NCBI GenBank assembly: GCA_034722055.1
Contig: JAYENL010000111.1
Coordinates: forward strand, 1-39,236
DNA from: Armatimonadota bacterium
GTDB lineage: Bacteria; Armatimonadota; Zipacnadia; Zipacnadales; UBA5352
DNA: 39,236 nt
Direction of reading: 5' to 3'
Each line of letters opens with the position of its first letter. Positions within the stretch are counted from its first letter, which is position 1. Both the position numbers and the translations under genes were made by a program. Positions 33,762 to 39,236 of the stretch are shown piece after piece. Under the pieces are notes generated by a model. The model did not search any database. It was not told the DNA's origin and saw only the letters and a list, made by a program, of their open reading frames with translations.

Positions 33762-34748
33762 TCAGGCCAGCTTCTGCTTCATCTCCGTCATCTTCTGCAT
33801 GGCCTGCTGGCCCTCTTCGGTCCTCAGGAAGCCCGTGACCTCCTCGATCCGTTCCCGCAGATGCGGCTGCTTGGTCAGGAACTGGCCCATCATGTAGTGC
33901 CGTTCGATCTGCGCCGCGTCCGTGCTGATGTCCGTGGCCGACTCCAGGAAGGCGTCCAGGTCCTCCTGGCTGATCTCCGCCTCCCGGTCGGCCGCTACCG
34001 CCAGCTTCACCAGAGCCGCGTTGACCAGCGCCGGCCTCCCCGTGACCAGCAACGCCACCCGGTCCGCCGTCACCTCGATCAGGTCCAGCCACCCCCGCAG
34101 GAACAGCGCTATCATCCTCACCGGGAAAAGCAGCACCTGTGCCACCACGTTCGCGCGCCGAATGAAGCGGGTCACAAAGGCCATCCGCACGTGGTGGGAC
34201 TTGATGTGCCCCATCTCCCGCGCGATCAGCGCCGCCATCTCCTCATCGCTCATGGCACCCACCACCGGGTCGGTGGTCACGATGGTCCCGTTCCTGCCGG
34301 GCATGCTGAAGATATAGGGGGTGTCATCGTCGATGACGTACATCTCCGGCTCATCCATCACCAGCAGCTTGGCCTGCTCGCCGAGGATCGACTTCAGCTT
34401 GGGGTAGGTCTTGTTCAGCACCCGGCGGTTCATCCCCGCCTCCTTGAGCTGTCGGCGCCGGGGCCGAACCGCCAGCCAGTTGGCGATGAGCCAAGCAAGA
34501 GCCAGGTATACGATAAGCCCGATGGGCAACCAGTAGTCATGATACAGAGGGGCATCCGGCTTGACTTTGGCATTCAAGACTCCCACCAAGAAGTACGCGA
34601 TGTCCCAAGTTATGAACAGCCATATTCCCACGAGGCCACCGACGCCCTCCCAGTACACCCGCTTCTCCCCGGCGAACTGGTAGTCGTCAAGCGTCAGCGC
34701 CGCCTCTGGCACCTTCTTCTTTCTTCGCTTGCGTACTCTCCGAGCCAT
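33762..34748 (-). CDS. M48 (HtpX/Ste24-like) membrane metallopeptidase homologue with degenerate zinc motif
   Basis: Two N-terminal TM helices, PEMYVI, EEMAALIAREMGHIKSHH (RExxH instead of HExxH), EVTADR, ALVKL, QPHLRERI. Confidence 0.8.
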   Translation of the reverse strand: MARRVRKRRKKKVPEAALTLDDYQFAGEKRVYWEGVGGLVGIWLFITWDIAYFLVGVLNAKVKPDAPLYHDYWLPIGLIVYLALAWLIANWLAVRPRRRQLKEAGMNRRVLNKTYPKLKSILGEQAKLLVMDEPEMYVIDDDTPYIFSMPGRNGTIVTTDPVVGAMSDEEMAALIAREMGHIKSHHVRMAFVTRFIRRANVVAQVLLFPVRMIALFLRGWLDLIEVTADRVALLVTGRPALVNAALVKLAVAADREAEISQEDLDAFLESATDISTDAAQIERHYMMGQFLTKQPHLRERIEEVTGFLRTEEGQQAMQKMTEMKQKLA

Positions 34749-34750
34749 GG

Positions 34751-36025
34751 CTACTCAGCCTCCTGGGGGGTCGGCGCGATGACCCGCAAGCGATCCACAT
34801 GCTGATCGTTGCTCTCCACCACCACGAACGTCACCTCCCCCGCCGTCAGCACTTCCCCCTCCTGCGGCACGCGACCTGCCATGCCCGTGAGGAATCCGCT
34901 GACCGTGTCATGGGCCTCGGTAGAGATCTCCGTCCCAAGCTCCGCGTTCAGGTCCTCGATGCGCGCCTTCCCCTGGATCAGGGCCTCCCCGGCCCCGGTT
35001 ACCAGGATCTCCGGCTCCGGCAGGTCGTGCTCATCCTCGATCTCCCCCACCAGCTCCTCGAGGATGTCCTCGATCGTCACCAGGCCCTCCGTGCCCCCAA
35101 ACTCGTCGATAACGATCGCGATGTGCACCTTCTGCTGCCGGAGCTCCGAGAGCATCTCGTCCAGCCGCTTGCTCTCCGGCGCCAGGATCGGCGTGCGTGC
35201 CACCGCGGCGAGCCGAATGTGCCGCGGGGCGTCGGCAAGCTGCATCAGAATGTCGTTGACGTAGACGATGCCGGTGATGTGGTCGATGCTCTCGGCGTAG
35301 ATGGGGATGCGCGAGAAGCCAGACTCCACCGCCACCTCCATCAGTTGCTCGACGGTGGCATCAGCCGACAGCGCCACCATGTCCACCCGCGGCACCATGA
35401 TGTCCTTCACCGTGCGCTCGCGCAGCTCGATGACGCTGTCCAGCATCTCCCCCTCCTCCGGCTCCACCGTCCCCTCCTCCTCCCCAAGGTCCGCCGCCGC
35501 CATGATCTCCTCTGCCGTGACGAAGTGCCGGTGGTGGCGGGGACTGATTCCGAAGATGCGCATGACCGCGTTGCTGATCCAGGTCATCAGCATAACCATC
35601 GGCGTCAGCACCCAGATCAGCTTCGACATAACCCCCGCTACCGCCCGCGCCGACATCTCAGAGCGCAGCGACCCGTAGGTCTTCGGCCACAGCTCCGCAA
35701 TGGCCAGGATCGACACCAGCATCGCGATGTGGGCCACGCTCTGGGCCACCGCGGCGTCCTCGCCGTAGAAGTGGTGCACCAGGTGCGTCATGCGGTTGGA
35801 GATGATCAGCACCAAGGTGTTGACGCCGACGATGACCACGCTCAGGAAGTCCGCTCGATCCGTGATCTCGATGACGAGCTGCGCCGCCCTGTCACCCCGC
35901 CGAGCCGCCCGCCGCATGTCCGCCGGACTCACCGACAGCAGCGACGCCTCCGCCAGCGACAGGATGAACACGCCGGCGAAGCACACGCCGATGACGAGCA
36001 TCCACAGGAAGATCATGGCGCTCAT
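34751..36025 (-). CDS. CNNM/hemolysin-family protein (DUF21 - CBS pair - CorC_HlyC), paralogue 2
   Basis: SLAEASL, AELWPKT, IMVPRVDM, SGFSRIPIY, IVIDEFGGTEGLVTIEDILEELVGEIEDEHD, TVSGF. Confidence 0.93.
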   Translation of the reverse strand: MSAMIFLWMLVIGVCFAGVFILSLAEASLLSVSPADMRRAARRGDRAAQLVIEITDRADFLSVVIVGVNTLVLIISNRMTHLVHHFYGEDAAVAQSVAHIAMLVSILAIAELWPKTYGSLRSEMSARAVAGVMSKLIWVLTPMVMLMTWISNAVMRIFGISPRHHRHFVTAEEIMAAADLGEEEGTVEPEEGEMLDSVIELRERTVKDIMVPRVDMVALSADATVEQLMEVAVESGFSRIPIYAESIDHITGIVYVNDILMQLADAPRHIRLAAVARTPILAPESKRLDEMLSELRQQKVHIAIVIDEFGGTEGLVTIEDILEELVGEIEDEHDLPEPEILVTGAGEALIQGKARIEDLNAELGTEISTEAHDTVSGFLTGMAGRVPQEGEVLTAGEVTFVVVESNDQHVDRLRVIAPTPQEAE

Positions 36026-37347
36026 GCCGCGCCGCCACCCTCGCTGGACTCACCGTCAGCCTGCTCGTCCTCATCAATGGGCCGCTCCGTCACACGCACT
36101 CTGGCGATGCGCGGACCGTCCATCCGTTCCACTGTCAGCGTCAGACTCCCCCACCGGAAGCTCTCGCCCGACTCCGGGATGCGTCCGGCAAGCTCCAGCA
36201 CTACCCCGCCCAGGCTGTCATACTGCTCCGTCGGCAGGGCCTCGCCGACCAGGTTATCCAGCTCGTGCAGGCCAATCGAGGCGTCGCACAGCAGGCAGGT
36301 GTCCTGTCGCACGATCTCCGGCTGCTCGATGTCGTACTCGTCCTGGATGTCCCCCACAATCTCCTCCAGCAGATCCTCCACGGTCACCAGCCCGGCCGTG
36401 CCCCCGAACTCATCGTAGACGATCGCCATCGTGCGCCTCCCCACCCGAAGCTGCCGCAGCAGCTCGTCGGCGGACAGGCTCTCGGGGACGAAGTGCGGTG
36501 GCCGCGCCACCGTCCGCACCGGGGTATCCATCTCGTCCAGCCGCACGTATGGCAGCAGGTCCTTGACGTAGAGAATCCCTGTGATGTGATCCCTGTCCTC
36601 GGCGTATACCGGCAGCCGGGAGTGCTTGCTCTCCATGGCCACGGCCAGCGCCTCGGCGATGGAGGCCGTCTCGTCCACACACTTCATGTCCGGGCGCGGG
36701 GTCATCACCTGCGCTGCCGTCTGGTCACCGAAGTCCAGCGCCCCGTGCAGCATCCGTCCCGTGCCCAACGCCAGCGCCCCCTGCGACTGGCCCTCCTCTA
36801 TCATGGCCTTGAGCTGGTCCTCCGTGACGCTGGGCAGCATCGTCTGCGCCCCTGCGCCGCTGAGGTACATCAGACCGCGCACGAGCAGACCCAGCACGCT
36901 CACGACGGGATACAGCAGCACACTGAAGAGGGCCACGATGGGGGCGGAGTAGGTCGCAACGCGCTTGACGTTGCGCGCGGCGAACTGCATGGGGGTGGCC
37001 TCGGCGAATATGAGCACAACCACCGTCAGCCCCACCAGAGCCACGGTGGAGGCCACCGCGGCGCCCAAGGTCGGCCCGAGCCAGTCCAGGCACAGCACCA
37101 CTGCTATGTGCTCGGCCACGTAGTAGCTGCCCGTGATGCCGACCAGCATGGTCGCCAGGACGATGGCGCGGCGCTCCTGCAGGGTCAGTAGCAGCCGGCC
37201 CAGCTTCGATCCGGACTCAGCCGTCTGCCTCACCCAGGTGCGGGGGACGCCGAGGAACGCGACTTCGGAGCCGGCGAAGAACGCTGCCAGGCACACCAAC
37301 CCCACCAGCAGCGCTGCCTCACCGGCCTGCGCTGACGATGATTCCAA
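36022..37347 (-). CDS. CNNM/hemolysin-family protein (DUF21 - CBS pair - CorC_HlyC), paralogue 1
   Basis: FFAGSEVAF, FAEATP, VMTPRPDM, HSRLPVY, YDEFGGTAGLVTVEDLLEEIVGDIQDEYD, YDSLGG; ATGA overlap with paralogue 2. AGGAGG favours TTG 37347 (ORF track 37371). Confidence 0.93.
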   Translation of the reverse strand: MESSSAQAGEAALLVGLVCLAAFFAGSEVAFLGVPRTWVRQTAESGSKLGRLLLTLQERRAIVLATMLVGITGSYYVAEHIAVVLCLDWLGPTLGAAVASTVALVGLTVVVLIFAEATPMQFAARNVKRVATYSAPIVALFSVLLYPVVSVLGLLVRGLMYLSGAGAQTMLPSVTEDQLKAMIEEGQSQGALALGTGRMLHGALDFGDQTAAQVMTPRPDMKCVDETASIAEALAVAMESKHSRLPVYAEDRDHITGILYVKDLLPYVRLDEMDTPVRTVARPPHFVPESLSADELLRQLRVGRRTMAIVYDEFGGTAGLVTVEDLLEEIVGDIQDEYDIEQPEIVRQDTCLLCDASIGLHELDNLVGEALPTEQYDSLGGVVLELAGRIPESGESFRWGSLTLTVERMDGPRIARVRVTERPIDEDEQADGESSEGGGAA

Positions 37348-37398
37348 GACCGGCCTTTCCTCCTGGCTCAATGATGAGCCACTTTGCGCATCACATCA

Positions 37399-37428
37399 AC
37401 TATAGCACAGTCACCTCCCCCAACGCAA
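37399..37428 (-). promoter_or_regulatory. Putative promoter for the CNNM-CNNM-M48 operon (TTGCGT-N18-TATAGT, TGTG extension)
   Basis: Minus strand reads TTGCGT tgggggaggtgactgtgc TATAGT, the same architecture as the promoter at 22392-22421. Confidence 0.7.
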
Positions 37429-37560
37429 ACGCTTCAGCCGCCGAGGCTGCCTCTCTGGATTGTCGATTACGCGGACCTCAATCCAGCTCAGCACCGGGGC
37501 ACGGGGCGGGGTGTGACTTTGCAGAGAGGCCGCCACGGGCCCCCGCAGCCGTCGTCGGGC

Positions 37561-37637
37561 GGAGCGGCGGTGTCTTTGGACCCGCCGGTCGTTAGTCGTC
37601 GGTCGTTGTCGTCCCGAGCGCCGGTGTCTTTGGCCCC
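37561..37637. repeat. Second locus of the ~50-bp dispersed repeat, with a 54-bp tandem period
   Basis: GCG(G/C)CGGTGTCTTTGG at 37564 and 37618; 37564-37613 aligns without gaps to 29050-29099. Confidence 0.75.
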
Positions 37638-37721
37638 ACACTCGCCCGGGCAGGTCCTTTGGCATGATGAGCGAAATGACAATCGGAGATAAGTCCTGCT
37701 CCACCCGGGAGGATGGACCTT

Positions 37722-38900
37722 ATGAGGGTTGACCGCAGGCGGCTTGTAATGGTGGCGAGCGCAGTCCTGACGCTCGCGATCGCCACGACGGCGGCGGCGG
37801 GTACGCTGCTCAGCTCTTCGCTGCCCGGCGCCTTCGGCGTCCGCTATCTGCCGGATCGCGCAGTCGTCACCTACACCGTCGCCGAGCCCGGCGAGCGTGG
37901 CGTCGCCGAGACGTTCAGACTCAGCGTTCATCTCCCCGAACCTGTGAGGTGGGGCTTCCTGGACCGCGAGCCGATTGCTGAGACCGACCTGCGATGGCAC
38001 GCCGAGGACGGTCAGGCCGTGCTCGCCCTGCCCTTCGGCTCTCATCGCCTGCACCTGGGCTGGACCGGCCGGCCGAGCCTGCCCCCCGAGAGCGCCGTGG
38101 TGCCGGTGGCGGCGGGCGGTGAAGTGGTCGGGCGGCTGCAGGCCCGCTTCCAGCTCGATGGCATGGAGGCCACCGGCGATGCCCGGGTCGGTCCCGGGAT
38201 CGCCTCCCTGCGCCTGGACACACAGGGGCAACTCGAGCCGGAAAGAGTCGCGTTCTCCGCCGGCAGCACCATCGTCAAACAGTGGGTGCGCCAGGATGGC
38301 TCCCTCGTGTCCGACGAGCGTCTGCTGATAGACGAGAGCCCCGGCCTGAGCCTGCACGTGAGCGGCTACACGCTCGAGGGCAGCCCTGTCCGTCGCGTCG
38401 TCTTCTCCGACATCACCCCGCCAACGCAGGTGCAGAAGCTGACAGATGAGGTGCCATCCGGCGCCATCCTCGTGGAGGCCGAGGACTTCGTGGACGGCGG
38501 CGGCACCGAGGTCAGCGTTGACCCCGGCTCGCACGTCGATACCCACGGTGAGGCCTGCGTCTTCAGCTTCGTCGGCGATGGAAGCTGGCTGCAGTGGACG
38601 CTCGATGTCCCCGATGAGGGTCGCTACGACCTCTATGCTCGCATCTCCTGTGGCGACGTGGGATCCTTCAGAACCATCGCGGTCGATGGCGAGACTCCGC
38701 AGGGTTTGGAGCTGGTCGAGTTCCCAGGCACCGGCGGCTGGGGCCACGCCGACGGTGAGTGGTGGCTGGTCCGCATCACCGGCGCCGAGGGCCAGGCTCC
38801 TCCCCTTCAGCTTTCGGCCGGCGAGCACACCCTGCGGGTGACCGGCGTGCTGCAGCGGCATCTCAACTTCGACTATCTCGCGCTCGTTCCGCACCCGTGA
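37722..38900 (+). CDS. Secreted protein with C-terminal CBM6/CBM35-like carbohydrate-binding domain
   Basis: GGGAGG RBS 9 nt before ATG 37722; signal peptide; VEAEDF...WLQWTLDVPDEGRYDLYAR...FPGTGGWG...LSAGEHTLRV...NFDYLAL. Confidence 0.75.
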   Translation: MRVDRRRLVMVASAVLTLAIATTAAAGTLLSSSLPGAFGVRYLPDRAVVTYTVAEPGERGVAETFRLSVHLPEPVRWGFLDREPIAETDLRWHAEDGQAVLALPFGSHRLHLGWTGRPSLPPESAVVPVAAGGEVVGRLQARFQLDGMEATGDARVGPGIASLRLDTQGQLEPERVAFSAGSTIVKQWVRQDGSLVSDERLLIDESPGLSLHVSGYTLEGSPVRRVVFSDITPPTQVQKLTDEVPSGAILVEAEDFVDGGGTEVSVDPGSHVDTHGEACVFSFVGDGSWLQWTLDVPDEGRYDLYARISCGDVGSFRTIAVDGETPQGLELVEFPGTGGWGHADGEWWLVRITGAEGQAPPLQLSAGEHTLRVTGVLQRHLNFDYLALVPHP

Positions 38901-39236
38901 TGGCGCCGGCCCGCGCCTCGTCCGGCGGCGGTGGCCTCAGATTGTCGGTTGCAGGCGAGGGCGCCTGCAGCCCAGCAAGAATGGCTGTGCAGTGCTGGGT
39001 GGCCGCCCCCACGCTACGTACGGATGGGCCCGCGCAGTTGCGGCGCTGCGGGTCAGTGTCGTACGGAGGGCTGGCCGGGCGAGGCCGGCCGTCGCGCGAA
39101 GCGCGACTGTCGTTCGAGCGCACCCTCAACGGCACGGCATCTTGGGCCGGCCTCCTCCGGGTGCTTCGCACCCATCGTCGCGCGGCCCCTCCAACGGCAA
39201 CGGCTGCGGGGCGTCGGCCCGCGTCGGGCGTAGGCA

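Noticed and set aside
38901..39236. Short ORFs and hairpins at the right end
   Set aside because: No RBS or protein motifs; the region is GC-rich with small hairpins and CAACGG repeats, and is cut by the window edge.

Overview
GC-rich bacterial chromosome segment, almost all coded on the minus strand. The four-domain S1 and TRTG-extended promoters look Terrabacteria-like, while an outer-membrane beta-barrel indicates a diderm; Armatimonadota is my best guess (inference). The housekeeping backbone, reading the minus strand from the right end, is: two CNNM/CorC paralogues, an M48-like protein with a broken HExxH, pheA (+), an O-antigen ligase-family protein, fused accD-accA, tRNA-Leu(CAA) (+), sppA, polA, rpsA, coaE ... 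uvrB, uvrC. A secreted CBM6/35-like protein lies on the + strand at the far right. Between coaE and uvrB is an ~18 kb co-oriented cluster (4244-22151) of seven exported proteins. Three large ones (a PD40-propeller multidomain protein, an S8 protease and an unknown protein) share a ~420-460 aa three-part C-terminal tail ending in a FlgD-Ig-like module with invariant NIAGR and a terminal Arg. The others are two CsgG/TolB_N-like + hydrophobic helix + Fn3-like proteins, a clostripain-like clan CD protease, and an Ig-domain + LptD-like beta-barrel that seems to start at a non-canonical ATC. This resembles a candidate C-terminal-signal secretion or surface-display system analogous to, but distinct from, T9SS. 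Non-coding features include a 24 x 10-bp tandem array, an 84-bp REP-like tandem repeat, a ~50-bp dispersed repeat in two divergent promoter regions, and several strong hairpins. No CRISPR array, transposase or phage gene was seen. All domain calls are by eye, without database searches.
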